From positions 28,706,001-28,770,000 of the forward strand of contig NC_092674.1 of assembly GCF_964355755.1 (NCBI RefSeq): 64,000 bases of DNA, written 5' to 3'. The notes under the pieces are model-generated. The model was not told where the DNA came from. It saw nothing but the letters and a program-made list of their open reading frames with translations, and made no database searches. Source of the DNA: Antedon mediterranea (taxonomy: Eukaryota > Animalia > Echinodermata). The position numbers and the translations under genes were made by a program. Position 1 is the stretch's first letter. Every line of letters starts with the position of its first letter. Positions 1-13,636 of this stretch are shown here, piece after piece.

Positions 1-1512
1 TAGAAATATGTAATCGCAGTAGGTGGTCAATGGATCGTTTGCAATTTTATCGTCCGTTCGTTCAAGCCATGACGTCATCGTTATGTCAAGTCTTGAATAA
101 ATTCATCCAAAAACGAACTTTATTGACAGAAAGAACAACCAACCAATTTCCATAGAGGTGACAGTGCTATAGTATATTTAAATTTCAAATATTAATATTA
201 CAGTTAAAATTGTTGAAATTATTTAAATTGGGAACTTTTCCTAACATTAATGCCAAATTAAAATATCACCTATTTCTATATTTATTTTGCTCAATGGTAA
301 AGTGAAAGCGCCCTGTTGCATTTTGAGGACATAATTTATTTGTTAACAGAGCGCCCTCAATTTATCATAAGTTTTTTTTTTATTTAAAAGCCTGATACAA
401 ATTTACCTTATACAAATATACTTTCTTTCTACGTGTAATGTTGTTTACATGCAACCTCGCTGTATTATACATGTCACAAGCAAGTTACTAATATATGTTC
501 AAGGTCGAGAGTAATTTAAACTAAAGAGCGCTTTGAAATTTATCATGGACTTTATTCTTGCTCTTGTTTGGAAATAATTCAAGAATTAACATCGAAACGG
601 ATTGTGCCTTACGTATTAATACGCCATGACAAATGTAGGTTATAATAGCTTTTGTGTATCTATAAGCTATTATTCCATGTTACATAGTTTAAATAGTTTT
701 AGTTATAAAGCCGATTTTCAGTTACCATGGTTGTGGCAGTAAAATGATTACCATTTACTATTTTTTGAATCCTCCATTAAGAAGTGGGGTTGACGGCATC
801 GCACATGCAGCGTGGTGTATTTTAGCCGGGTTAAGTCTGCCACTACTTCGTCACATCAGTCCCTTGAAATACGAATGGTTTTACAACAAAGTTTTCACCA
901 CCTCCTATTAACGACAAAATAGAAGGTGATATCGTGGAGATATTCCAGTGGAGGAGTGAGTGCAGGTTTTGTCTATTTGTGATTGCCGAATGATGAATAC
1001 TATTATTATCTAATATATTATTATGTTTTTATATGTTATATTATAACATTATCCCAGATTGTTTAACCCATGTTTAATATATTCAACAAACTGTCATGGC
1101 ATAGTAGTACGAAAGGCAACAACTAAAACCTAGCTAGCACACAATATTTATTATTTTAACTAAATGAACATTCTCCATAATTTTTGGTATCTTTAAAACG
1201 TGTTTCTTGCATATTGTATGCATAGAAAGAAAATATTAAAGATAGACACAAAACATTCATTGCAGTTTAACTTTACGGTTCATATTAAAAATTTATATTA
1301 ATAAAATTTATGAATTTAAACATTACATTTATTTAGATTATGATTTCCAACCCATTACTGTAGTGTAAACTTGTTAATTGCACATTAAATGTCAATTGAT
1401 ATATATCAATAAATCTATTAATATATTAAGAGTTATAATATCATTTAAATATAGGGAGATATAGTGATATATAGGTATGTGTACCTAAATGAGTCCAGTA
1501 TTATAATCAACA

Positions 1513-3819
1513 CTATTCTGTACCTTCGGGTTTACCCTCTTGGTATTCGGCAAATTGTGCTTTTAGTTCCTTCACTTCAGCCTCCAGATCTCTTACTTTC
1601 TTGTGAAGATCAACTTTGGCTTTCAGTTTGTTCCTCTCAGATTCCAACTCTTTAGCTCTCTTGTGTAAATCTGCTTCGATTTCGGCTTCTGTTGGCCCCG
1701 TCTTTTCTCCAGAAGCACTTGCTTCTTCTGAACCACCTGAAATGACCACAAATTAAAATTAATATCAGCAGCAATGTTGTATTTTCCCCTTATTACTTCC
1801 TTCAAGAAAATGGAAAAGGCTGAAAATTACTCTGCAAACAGTAATATGTGAGCATTATGAGACCCTTATTTTGTCAAATTTAAGTTCAAACTGGTACACT
1901 TATAACATTTTACAAAAACCAGATGTTTTGAAACATATAGTTCTATCACAAAAGAACTAGAGACGAATTTGTGTTATGTTAATGGCTCGTTTAAAAGTGG
2001 AAATTGTATTTTTGTTAATTTTTTATTCAAGTTTGCTTCAAAACACACTCTTACTGTTTGATTTTGCAGCAGCACCCTTTCCTTTTGAAAATGGCCATTT
2101 TCTACGACTCCGTTTATTTGCAGATTTTGCGTCCGCTGATCCTTCTTCTTCTTTCTTTTCTTCTCCACCTTCTTCTCCTTCAGTAGATGTTGGTGTTTCC
2201 TCCTTTTTGGCCTCCTCTTTAGCTCTGAAATTAGATTATGAGTTGTGTTATTATAGAACCGTGTATAAACCTGTAGAAAATGTGTGGATTACAACGTGTC
2301 CTTGCTAATTTCAACTTTCCCAACATATTTTTAATGTCATAAAAAAATATTATCCATTTCACAACGTTCGCACTTTAACAATTTTGTTGGACAGCTATTG
2401 AACCAACGTGTATTATATTTAAAAAGCACCATTAGTCTAGTTCAATTCTGCACGTAGGCTTCGTTCATGGAGGAAATATTTATCCATGCTTCATCCAACT
2501 TGGCATTCATTTGCTATGTTTTGATATGTGTCTGTGTCATACAAGTGTGAAGGATGGGTGGGTGTGGTAGAAGAGGTTCAGTGGTTGCAAGCGTTATTTG
2601 GACAACGTCTCATTAATATGAGTACAGTTTTAAATCGAACAGTGTGTCTATACATAACAAGTTGTACAAGATGGCTACTGCTAAAAGAGATTAAGCTAAA
2701 TTATAATATACATTAGGTGATCGTGTTATGAAAGGTGTTCTTATCATTTTTTATCTATTGAACGAACAGAGGAAAGTGAGTTCAGAATAGTTTACATATT
2801 TCACAATTAAGTAATATAATCACTGTACAAATATTAACAATATCATTATTAATCCATGAAGATTTGTGGTCTAAAATTCTTACACAAATTCATTTATACC
2901 ATTTATATTAGTAATATTCATTGAGTTACAGTTTGAAAGAAATCAAAATACTGAGCATAAAGCTAAGCTCTCTATAACAAAGGAAATTGTTTTACTAAAA
3001 TTCTTATGAAATGAATTGAATAATATCCTGAAAAAACACATACACATTTGACTTCCATGGCCATTGTGTAAATGTTTATAAGACTGATTTCTATCACCTG
3101 TTTGGCACATACCCAGCACGGGTTCCTGTATACTCAGATACAGCAAAATAGTAGGCTACACATGTTCTAGATATTGCCGTTTTAATGTGAAGACCTTTTC
3201 ATGGTAGGTAACCAAGAATATAGGATCTGTCTACATAGTTTGACACAAAAGTGTGATGTGCCCAAATATGGTAGTGATATACCCAAATAGGGTAGTGATA
3301 TGACATCATTATGTCCATATATGGGCACATCACATCTTGTTGTCACATAAAGTTTGATAGTTTAGACAGATTTTTAGCAACAGTTGAGCAGGACGCACAT
3401 CTGCGCATACTCATGATACTGTTTTATTTCCAGTACTCGATTACCATAATTCACGTGACGTCTCAATTGGCGTTTTCATATAAACTGCATTATTCGGACA
3501 CGGCAGATTTTTCCAAATTACCAAAATGCACATAGTTGGTTCTGATGTTGTTTGTTTGTTTTTGTCTTGTTGCCACAGCCGGTGGCGCGTTGTGTTTTTG
3601 GAAATGAAATAATAAGAAAAAAAAGAAAAAAAGGTGTTCTGTTGCTTTGTTACATGGAGGAATTTCCTTCGTGGTTGCATAGTGTTCCTAGCCCCCACTT
3701 ATTGAAACATTGCCTGATATAACCACTTGAAGCACTTACGGAGTGTCTGTAGTTTCTGTTTTGCTTTCTGTTTTGATTTCTTCGGTCGTTGTTGCTGCTG
3801 TAGCTTCTTCCTTAGTCAT
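1513..3819 (-). CDS. Uncharacterised 157-aa Glu/Lys-rich protein with C-terminal coiled coil (3 coding exons)
   Basis: Exons 3819-3740 (MTKEEATAATTTEEIK...), 2224-2055 (AKEEAKKEE...KRSRRKWPFSKGK) and 1736-1513 (SGSEEAS...ELESERNKLKAKVDLHKKVRDLEAEVKELKAQF..TE*). GTAAG donors, TTTCAG acceptors and intron phases 2 and 1 join into one open frame of 474 nt. No family recognised. Confidence 0.75.
3223..3375. mobile_element. Family-A Harbinger/Tourist-like MITE (degenerate copy)
   Basis: TCTGTCTACA...GTTTGATAGTTTAGACAGA ends and the internal AAATATGGTAGTGAT unit shared with the other copies. Confidence 0.75.
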
Positions 3820-5599
3820 TTTGATTGTTTGTTAGACACAGCAACTGGAAAGAAATATTTAAAAATGATTATGACAATAACATTAAAAGAAATAATGATG
3901 GTAAAAATCACGTTGTAAGCATGCAATTTGTATCCATTATTTATTGTTGATGCACATGGACCAGTGTATGATGCAGGACATTGCTGAAGTTTTAATAATC
4001 TGATCACATGACCATAAATGTAGAAATAGTCAACGAAACCAAAGTGAGCTTAAGTATTATAAAATGAGAAGTTGAAGTGCATAGAGAACTTCCGAATACT
4101 TCCAAACTTGTATCAGAATCGCAACAAAATATATTGAATTTCAATTATAGGTCCCAGGCAAGTGTAATGTTCTTTTTTTAGATCAGCTCAATCACAAAGT
4201 AAACCCTAGATCAGGTCTATAGCTCCACAGTCGCTGAGTGAATCTCGTCTACAGTTGATAGAATCAAAATCTTAGTAGGACAAGGTCGTATTCACGAATA
4301 CTGATACAAAAAAATAATGGAATTGAATTAATACAAGACAACTGTATTGAATAATAAGAGGCGACCTAGACAAGTCAATATTCACAAAGTCAGCTAAAAA
4401 TAACTGTAAACATTCTAAATACTAAAATCTCTTCTTTCGCATGTTCACTTTATAGTGTACAAATCCAGAAAGTAAAGAAATGGAAAATACTACAAAGTCT
4501 CTTTTTCGCAGACCACTTTTTTGGCTAATTTACAAATCAAGAAACTATAAAAACAAGGCCATATACATGGCTACAGTCGCGTGCTCAAGTTAGTGTTTAC
4601 CGACCAAACGAACGACCAAACAACCGACATATTGAGCTGTAGAGTCACATTGCACGCACGCGACTAAAAATGAGGAATACTAGTACTACTTTTTGAAGAA
4701 TTTATAAATCAGGATATGCTTTTTTATTGCATGTACAGATAATTCTACACCCTACATTATTTTGCTATTCAGAACGTCGAACCAAGGAATCATTCCTACG
4801 TGATCGAACTGTATGTGCATCTAAGCGTTTATTGGAAAGGAACAACGTGAATTATTCTCTCTCCTTTGATTTGTTTGTTGTCGCGAGATGATGTTTATAT
4901 AGTGGTACCTGCTGGCCTTTACTCCCCTGACATATCTTTTATTAAAGCAAAGAGAAAAACAACCGAGTTGTTATCGAATTAGCTTGTTTTTAAAAACGTG
5001 TGTCCATCTGCGATATGATCTTTGTTTCACGTTGGCAGATATGTCCTCGCGGAAGTCAGAGATATTATGTGAATCGCAGGAAAAAGGAAGTCGAATTAAG
5101 TGTGCTAATTTATTTCTTCCTTGAGAAAGAAAAAAAATGATGTAACTAGTAATAAACAAGAGTATAGTGAGGTTTCAAATATTACACTTCAGTGTCTTAT
5201 TTCCGTTGAAAGGCTTTCACTTATTTTCAATAACAAAGTATTCCTATCACATCCTGAAAAGAAAAAAAAAGCCTCACATCTTTTCAATAATATCTAACGT
5301 AGATTACCAGAGTTTGTAGATTATTTGTGCTTTATTTACCGTGTTTTTGTTGACCCAATTAATATTTGTGTATTTTCTAATAAGTTCGTTAAGTTTAACG
5401 TGACAACAAGGTCGTCATTCCAGCTTTTATATATTTCGAATAAAATGTGTGCAGGTCTGTATATTAGCGTGTAGATACCGTTATGCATATTTTGAGCTGA
5501 TCAAAGATTTACGTATCATTAGTCGCTGCATATTGTTACAGTATAATATGTTTGATCCAGTAGCTGGTGAGGTATTCACCATTCACACTAGGCTAAGGG

Positions 5600-5638
5600 C
5601 ATGGAGTTATGAAATTAAACTAATTCTATAACTCCATG
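5600..5638. mobile_element. 39-bp micro-MITE with 11-bp TIRs and 8-bp TSD (hAT-like)
   Basis: GCTAAGGG-[CATGGAGTTAT...ATAACTCCATG]-GCTAAGGG. Confidence 0.65.
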
Positions 5639-7146
5639 GCTAAGGGTATATATCATTCAAAATTAAGAATTCTAAAAAATGAATAATCACTTAAGTGAAA
5701 TATCTCACTTAATGACGTGTTTGGTTGAGACTGGTCCTAAACCTAACATTCGTAATTGGTAATACTAATTTTCTTTACGCGTTCATCATAAGCTGAATGA
5801 CCACTTTGGTACCCGTCTTGCGTTCAACCCAAGTGTTTCCGACGATGTCTTCCAAGCATCGCGCATAACAAGTTACTGTGATAATTTAATTACGTAAGCA
5901 CTAAAGTTTTTTCAAACCCGCAGAAGTACAAATTGCGGTCATTGAATAGATGCTGCTGCATAGGGAATTTAAACAGATATCCGTTTCCATCTTCCAAATT
6001 AAGTATAAATATGGATCGAAGAATACACAAGAAGGTCTCATGGGAAATCCCAACCTTGGAAGAGCACTAAAGACAATGCTTTGAATCGAGTGCAATGTCA
6101 CAAATAAACGCCTTAAATTATATTTGGTAAAGTTTAAAGGAAAAATTCAATTCTTTTCATTCCATACGACATTTCATCCCGTAACTAAAGACATTTCGTT
6201 AACCAATTTGTGGATGTTAAAAAACACGATAAACGCAGATTATGCGGTGTTTATTCAGTATCACCTTAAATCTGTCGGACGTAACTTAAAAAGTGAGGTT
6301 GTACGAAGTGATGTTACGCCAAACGTAGGCCTATATTGAGCAAATATATGCTAACAGTTTCTGAATGGACAAGACAGTATAATGCAATCAAGTAATCCTA
6401 AAGATAATTATAAACAGTTAGGCTAAATCTGTTTTTAAAAAAATGGAAAAAAAGTGTCCGTAACCCGTCAAACGCAATAGATAAATGCTATTGATTGAAA
6501 AAGAATTGTAGAAAATTAAAATTCCTCTCACCTAAAGAAAAATTATAAAATTCTGCGGAGCTCCTTTGAAAGTCCGTCTGTAAGGTCAATCCAAAAAGAA
6601 TGAAGGCTTCACTTACACAATATACAACTCCTTTGAGTTGAGAATAACTTTCACGTTGAAGATTTTATACTCACAACCTAAACCACACCCAAAGGAAATA
6701 GCTTTAAGATATAAAGCGACTCGTGATTGGCTGCCTGATCATGAGTCACAGACCGGGTTATCAATGTCTGTTAAAACTTTATTTGCTAGTGAAATAAAGA
6801 ATAATTTGAAGTTCTCGGGTCATCATGTTTTTTAGAAACTAAAAATAGGTTTTTAACATGTGTCATTGAAAAGGTCAGTTGAAAGTTATGATATCACAAT
6901 TAAATAAAGATGTTTTGACGGCACAATTAACATTATTATGGAAGTAATTAGAATATTTCTGTTCATAATCATAATATTATTATTCATAATTAATCTGACC
7001 TTTCTCTGACACTGATATTTGTTTTATATCTCATGATTGCAAATACTAAAACTGTTAACTTAAATGTCTTAGTTACATGTTCATATATTGATACAGTAGT
7101 TGATATGTTGATCATCCCTTCAAATCATTTCGTATGTGCATGTAGA

Positions 7147-7460
7147 GGTCTTGCGGAAATACTCAACGTAACAGAAATAACATTGTTTGTACGCGCGCGT
7201 AAAGGTTTCTGAACGCAATTTAAAGTAGGTCTTGCGGAAATACTCAACGTAACAGAAATAACATTGTTTGTACGCGCGCGTAAAGGTTTCTGAACGCAAT
7301 TTGAAGTAGGTCGATCTTGCGGAAATACTCAACGTAACAGAAATAAAATTGTTTGTACGCGCGTGTAAAGGTTTCTGGACGCAAGTTGAAGAAGGTCTTG
7401 CGGAAATCTCAACGTAACAAAATTAACATTGTTTGTACGCGCGTAAACGCAATTTTGAAG
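7147..7460 (+). repeat. Tandem repeat, ~81-bp unit, ~4 copies
   Basis: Unit GGTCTTGCGGAAATACTCAACGTAACAGAAATAACATTGTTTGTACGCGCGCGTAAAGG... starts at ~7147, 7228, 7309 and 7394, decaying to the right. Confidence 0.9.
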
Positions 7461-8072
7461 AAGAAAATAAGAACTTTGTCAAATCGAATAAATACTTTTG
7501 ACTGACAGTATTTAGAAATTAAATTCGACAACACGATTTGAAATATATTCGCGTTAATAATTTTGTAGGTCTATATTTGCAAAATATTTAAATGCTCGAT
7601 TCCTTTGTCATGTGAATAAGACCAAGGCTATGCCTAGTAGAGGAAATGTATATATAGGCCTAGATAGTTTGTCACATATCAAATCTTATCGATTTTGGAC
7701 ACAATACATCACAAGACAACCATTCAATATAATTAATCACATGATGAAAATACATAAATATAATGTTGTTTGGGATTTCAACGTCGTGCCAAATTGTTCA
7801 GTATAAGAAAAAGTTCAAATATCTGTGGCTAATGACGTACCGGTAGTTTTTGTAGTGGGCGTTAACAATTGTTTTCCTGTTGTCCGAAGCCGCATTCGAT
7901 ATTAAATCATTAAATTAAGTAAAGATTTACACTTTAATTATTAGACCTACACTTAAGTAGGCCGGGGTGGTATAAACTTCGTGGCATTTTACACTCTCAC
8001 TCTACCCTGATCAGAATCATATTCCTGTATGCAATATTATGCACATTATGCATATTTGCTGTTTGACTGTTA

Positions 8073-8221
8073 AGCTCTGTCTACACTATCAAACTAGTTT
8101 GACAAAGAAAGTGTGATGTGCCTAAATATGGTAGTGATATGCCCAAATATGGTAGTGATAGTCCATATATGAGCACATCACATTTTCTTGTCACATGAAT
8201 GATGATAGTGTAGATAGAGCT
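8073..8221. mobile_element. Family-A MITE
   Basis: AGCTCTGTCTACACTATCAAACT ... GATAGTGTAGATAGAGCT TIRs. Confidence 0.85.
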
Positions 8222-9436
8222 TTCATTTCCTGTTTCATTTGGCGGAATGGCTAGTAATATTAGTACAAACAACAGAATTGTGTTTGTTTACTTTAGTACT
8301 GTTTATTGTATATCTACTATACAGAGGATATAGTAAATGAATAAAATATCATGCATAGTAGTGGATTAAATTAGATTAAATTAAATTAAATTAAATATTT
8401 TTGACGCCCTAACTACAGTACAAACATTGATAAAGCCTAACTGATCAACCTCTTTGTTCTGTTCTCCACGTCAATATCCTATTGTATAATATAATTCATT
8501 TTTTCAGTATTTTTGCAGAAAAATGTGAATTTTGTTATAGAATCCTTGCGTAGGCTTAACCTAAACATGTCACAGCAACAGCTAATTTAATTAGGAAATC
8601 GTGGCAATCCATTAACTTCCGTTGTATTTGAATGAATTTAAGTGTTTTGACAAGAAGCCAGCGCGGTCTGTTCGAACAAAATACCGGCAAATGTTATGAT
8701 TAAAAAAAAGAAAATTATGCTATTAAGTTTTATTGATATTATTGACTTTAATGACTGAAAGCTGCTGCTGTGGGTATTGCTATTGCTTTAGTTTTTACTA
8801 GCGTTTGTAGCCATATTGTAACTAAACCAAGATTTAAACAGATAGGCCTATAGGCACGGTAAAGAGGCCCATCTCGAAGTCCCTCTCTGTGGCAAAAGTA
8901 ACAGTGATATGTGTTATAATACTTAATATATTAACGTACCATCACTATGATTTTACAATTTTAACCATAATTCTAAGATTTAACCTAACCAAAAATAATT
9001 TTGTGGCTGGAAACGTTTAAGTCGATCGCGTGGTTTAAGGGCATATCAATTGGATGTTCCGCCAACTTCTACTCTCCTCTCCCCCGCATGACCCTGGTTC
9101 AAATTACACACAAATGACGTCATGGTTACATCGGTAATTATAGGTCCTCCGGTCCAAGTTTTTTTTTTAGATAATTCGATAATTAGCCTATAATATTTAA
9201 GTAACCAACATTGACTGTAAAATTATTTCTGCTCTCTTAACTAGTAGTTAGTCATCAGTTAGTTTGAGCCTGCCTAATTATTATTCAAAATAAAGGAATG
9301 GTATAAACATGCTACACATGAGAGATGACACTTCATATATCTTAAATATGCCCATTTCATGCTTCGTTATTTGATTGCCATAGTAAGTTGTTTTTCAAAT
9401 GTCTTACAGCGCGAACTTCGGTGCTAGATACTACCC

Positions 9437-9635
9437 GTGGTTCCCAACTAGAACGCAACGCAGCGACTAATTGACGCAAAGTGCTGTATTGCGTAATCAC
9501 AAGTGGGGACCGACGATGCAATAGTGCTGCAAACATCGTAGGTTTGATTTCACGCAGGCGGGGGCAAACACAATTGGAAGTGCATTTCCTTGCGTATTTT
9601 GCGTTACGTTGCGTCGCTAGTGGGAACCATGCTTT
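9437..9635. mobile_element. Family-B MITE (TGGTTCCCACTAG-type TIR)
   Basis: GTGGTTCCCAACTAG...CTAGTGGGAACCATGCTTTA; internal sequence shared with copies at 18868, 60789 and 61307. Confidence 0.85.
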
Positions 9636-9747
9636 AGTTAAAAAGTTAACGTCCAGTAAAATCCAATAACAAGACGGAGATATGAGATAACCGACCGAGA
9701 TCATCCTCACAAACCACCAAAAGGAGTCGCCTAAGCTTAAATAAATA

Positions 9748-9863
9748 GGCCTGTTCACACGACCGCGTTCCGCACAGTATACGTGTGTGATCGAAAAATG
9801 TAAAATAGCCCGGAGTTTTCACTTTCCACCGGACAGAATCCGGGCACAGTGTAAACATACCTT
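9748..9863. mobile_element. Short Harbinger-like MITE remnant
   Basis: AGGCCTGTTCACAC ... GTGTAAACATACCT imperfect TIRs. Confidence 0.45.
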
Positions 9864-10316
9864 TAACGATGGCAAATTGGATAATTACAATAGGCCTATA
9901 ATACATGGGAAATATTACCATTAGGATCGTTCAAATACTGTTGGCACGAAGGGTAACCGGCTTTAGGGCCAAACGGTTGAGTCAATCTTTTTCCGGCGTT
10001 TCTGCTTACTCATAGCAAAGCCATAGTTTTGCTATGATTTTAAATTATTTGAATCCATGGTGTACAATTTAAAATGCGGTTTTTCTCGGACATTGCATTT
10101 GATTCTCTAACGATGATGGAAATTAGATCGATAAATTAAAATACTATATACATTATGTGTAAAGGGCCTTCACACTATAAACTTCATATTCTTTTTGTCT
10201 GAGTGTAAAGCAATGTTTTCGTGGAGAATTTATGGAGCTATAAATTAGATTTAATTTATAGGTACATGCTTTAACTACAGATACGTTACGTTTTGGTGGA
10301 GACTAGCGTTCACGAA

Positions 10317-10478
10317 TGTTTGGTTTCCACTAGGACGCAACGCAAGGACGCAACGCAACGCAAGCGTGTTGACAAATGACAAGCGACAGTTCGAATAACC
10401 CATCGCTTGTGATTGGTCAACTCACTTACGTTGCGTTTACGTCCTTGTGTTGCGTCCCTAGTACAAACCAAACATTTT
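10317..10478. mobile_element. Family-C MITE (same TIR as family B, palindromic core)
   Basis: TGGTTTCCACTAGGACGCAACGCAAGG...CAATGACAAGCG...GTGATTGGTCAA...CCTAGTACAAACCAA. Confidence 0.8.
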
Positions 10479-11636
10479 AGATGTGTACGTTTTGTAAAAA
10501 ACGAGGCATTTGGCAGGAATTACCGGGGTTCAATAGATAGAAATCACGACAGACAGTCATACATTATTTTCAAACTAAATTGGAAAATCCTGTAAACGTT
10601 TAAAGATATAACTTAATAAGACCCTGGATATTTTGACTCATTTTGTTCATTTGGGATATTTGTATTATCCAAAAGTTTGGTTCTGTTTCTAAGATATGAT
10701 AACACTAATGGTAAATTATTCCTTTATTTTGTGATGTCGGTAGTGGTCGCTTCGACTTAACCGACGTCGAAGAGGAATCAAATGAGGATGGACACCACAG
10801 TGTCCCCCGATGCGCACCGTGAATTAACATGACGTTAGTAGTTCATTAATTGGTCCTATGACGTCACAAATCCCTAATGAGGAAAAAACAAACTTTTGCT
10901 GATTGAAAGGTCTTATTTAAAATGAATTGACATCGTTATAAATTCAGAAATTATCAAGTCAATGGAGAATGAAACAACGCAACATTGCATATTATGCATC
11001 GTATGTGATTGTAAGATGTTATGCACAATGAAATATATAAGCGAATCCTTTTTCTTGTAGTCTAAATTATCGGAAATTTAATTTATACTTAAGTGGGCAG
11101 TAAATAAGACAGCTGCCTACTATATTAAATTAGTATTTCAGTTTGATCCTCTTTTCTCTTCCACAAGTGTCATGGCTTTGATCATCAAATATCCACATCC
11201 GTCGTTCACCTATAAATAGAGTGACACTAACATACAACTCAGTATGCCTTTAGTGATTTAAATTTTTATTCATAAAAAAGTTCGAACTCCGCCGACTCCA
11301 ATCTCAGGTCTGCTCAAGTCTCCGATCGGTCGGCCTATATTTTTGTCGTAGGCATGCGATGAAGAAATCATGAATTATTCATTTAATATGAATGACGCGC
11401 GCGTACGCGTATGCCGGCGTTTGCCCGCGCGTAGATACCTCAACTTTGTCGTTTGTACGCCGACACATCGATTTAACTCAGCCTTTCCTGGCCAAATGAG
11501 AGGTTCTGATTGTTTTTTGTTGTAATTTATTTTAAGAACCTACGATAGGGGTTTTCACTACGAGTTTTTTTTCTATATAATAGGCCTAAAAGCTTTATTT
11601 ATATAGGTATTTATTTTTTAAACCTTCAGTTATTTA

Positions 11637-11750
11637 AGCTATGTCTACAATATCACATTTTATGTGACAACAAAATGTGTTGTGCCTACTACCATATTTG
11701 GGCACATCACACTTTTTTTGTCAAACTAGTTTGATAGTGTAGACAGAGCT
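11637..11750. mobile_element. Family-A MITE (internally deleted)
   Basis: AGCTATGTCTACA...TGATAGTGTAGACAGAGCT with TTA flanks. Confidence 0.8.
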
Positions 11751-13424
11751 TTAGAAGATTGCCCGATATATTATTATAAATTTACTAGAATTGCGTCATT
11801 TACATGACACAATACAAAGAACATTTCAACATACTCGTAGGCTACAGGAAGAATTAATAACGACGACGTTTAAAGGAAATCCCCAAAGTTCCGATTTAGT
11901 TATTTTGTTGTTGTGCAAGTGACAATAATAGGGCTAAACAAGATAAAAGACACAGCCTAACTCGGTTTTATCGCCGCAATGGTTGTAACACAAAGAAAGG
12001 AAAAAGGTCCTTGATATCATCATTCACTTGATGAGTTATTATTCTGGCCCCAGGAACTCTCGAGTGAGCCTTAATAGACAGACGGATGCATATCCTTCCA
12101 AACATAATAAGCCTTATAGAATAAACCACTTTACTTAAAGCAGTTACACTTGGTGTATAACAACATTGTTTTGTTCTTTTTCTCCTGTTTCGTTTTTTTT
12201 TAGGTCTAAACTATCAAATGGAAGAAACATCAGCCTTTGTGTGGAATTTCAACTTTCTCCAGTAACATAGGAATACTCGTTAATACAGAATTACATGTGT
12301 TGCCTGTATCATAGATCATAACCTAACCGGCCCTATTACCGAATAATGATACCGGGCAAATATTGTGGAAATGATGCAGCATTGTGAATCGGATACTCTT
12401 GAGCCCCTTAAACCTGTTATATATTCAATACACTCTCAGAATTTTATCCCACCTCTCCTACTCAGCACACATGACAGCGATATTTTTTAAATCTGGGAAA
12501 GGAAAACAGGGAGAAAAAACGTAACAAAAAATAGGGAAAATCAGGACGATCCCTTACTCACATCCTTTTCTAATAAATATTTGATTCAACGTTGCGTGTC
12601 ATGATAATTCAATTTAGCATCGTAGAGCTTACAACACGTGTGCGCCCTTTTTTGACATCGAAATATACTGAATAATAGTTTGTAGTTGGGGACAATGTGT
12701 ATGTCATACTTCTAGAAATGTCATTATTTGTCCTGTTAAAGTGACATTATAAACTGCGTGATTTTACAAATGGCAGGGACTAACCTATTTTTTTTCGTTT
12801 CAGAAATCGTCCCAGTGCGAGAAATTGAATTCATTGTACGCAATATTTGCGAATTAAAAGTTAAAAGTTTTACTAATCTAGTCATACCATACACCAATGT
12901 TTTTTCTTGATTATTGCTTCACTGTTGACGATATACAAACAAAGTATACTATTTATCATCTTTAAAGAATTTAATTTCATAACTATTGCTTCAAAAATTA
13001 TAAAAGGTATAATAATAGGTCCAATTTAGTAGGACTAAACATACATAACATACAGAACAATTCAGCTGACCCTAAAAACAATATACTGCAACTACTATGA
13101 CACGCCAATAGAGCTAAACTGTAATTATAAGGGCCATCACTGATAGCGTTCTTTTGCCTTTTAACTCCAGCGTAAGACCTCCTTCCCGGATGCCAATGAA
13201 CTCTGTTTCTAACAATGAATTAATGGTATTCTTCTCTATGGTTCCAATTACGTAACCAGGAATTTGGAAGAAATCCCCAAAATGACGTTTCCCTGATTTT
13301 GACTTCATAGTACACGATATCTGGTTGTTGGACGAATCATAGAGATATAATAGTAAGACATATAGATATATTCACTATAATATTTCTATAGACATATACA
13401 CCTTAACGTCTAAATTGGCCTTTA

Positions 13425-13636
13425 AGCTTGGTCTCCACTACAGACGCAACGCAAGGACGTAACGCAACGTAGGCGATCTGACCAATCACAAGCGATGGAT
13501 TATTCAAACTGTCGCTTGTCATTGGTCATCTCGCATGCGTTGCGTTTACATCCTTGCGTTGCGTCTGCAAGCAAGTTGACTAATCACGACGCGTTGCCCT
13601 TACTTCCTTACATTGTGTTCTAGTGTGAACCAAGCT
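13425..13636. mobile_element. Family-C MITE
   Basis: AGCTTGGTCTCCACTA...TAGTGTGAACCAAGCT, TTA flanks, ACGCAACGCAAGG core. Confidence 0.8.

Noticed and set aside
7147-7460. CRISPR-like appearance of the regular repeat
   Set aside because: Units are contiguous with no unique spacers, there are no cas genes, and the context is eukaryotic
9357-9758. 133-aa ORF and similar ORFs at 60768-60968 and 61145-61465
   Set aside because: They run through family-B/C MITE sequence and have no protein motif or splice support
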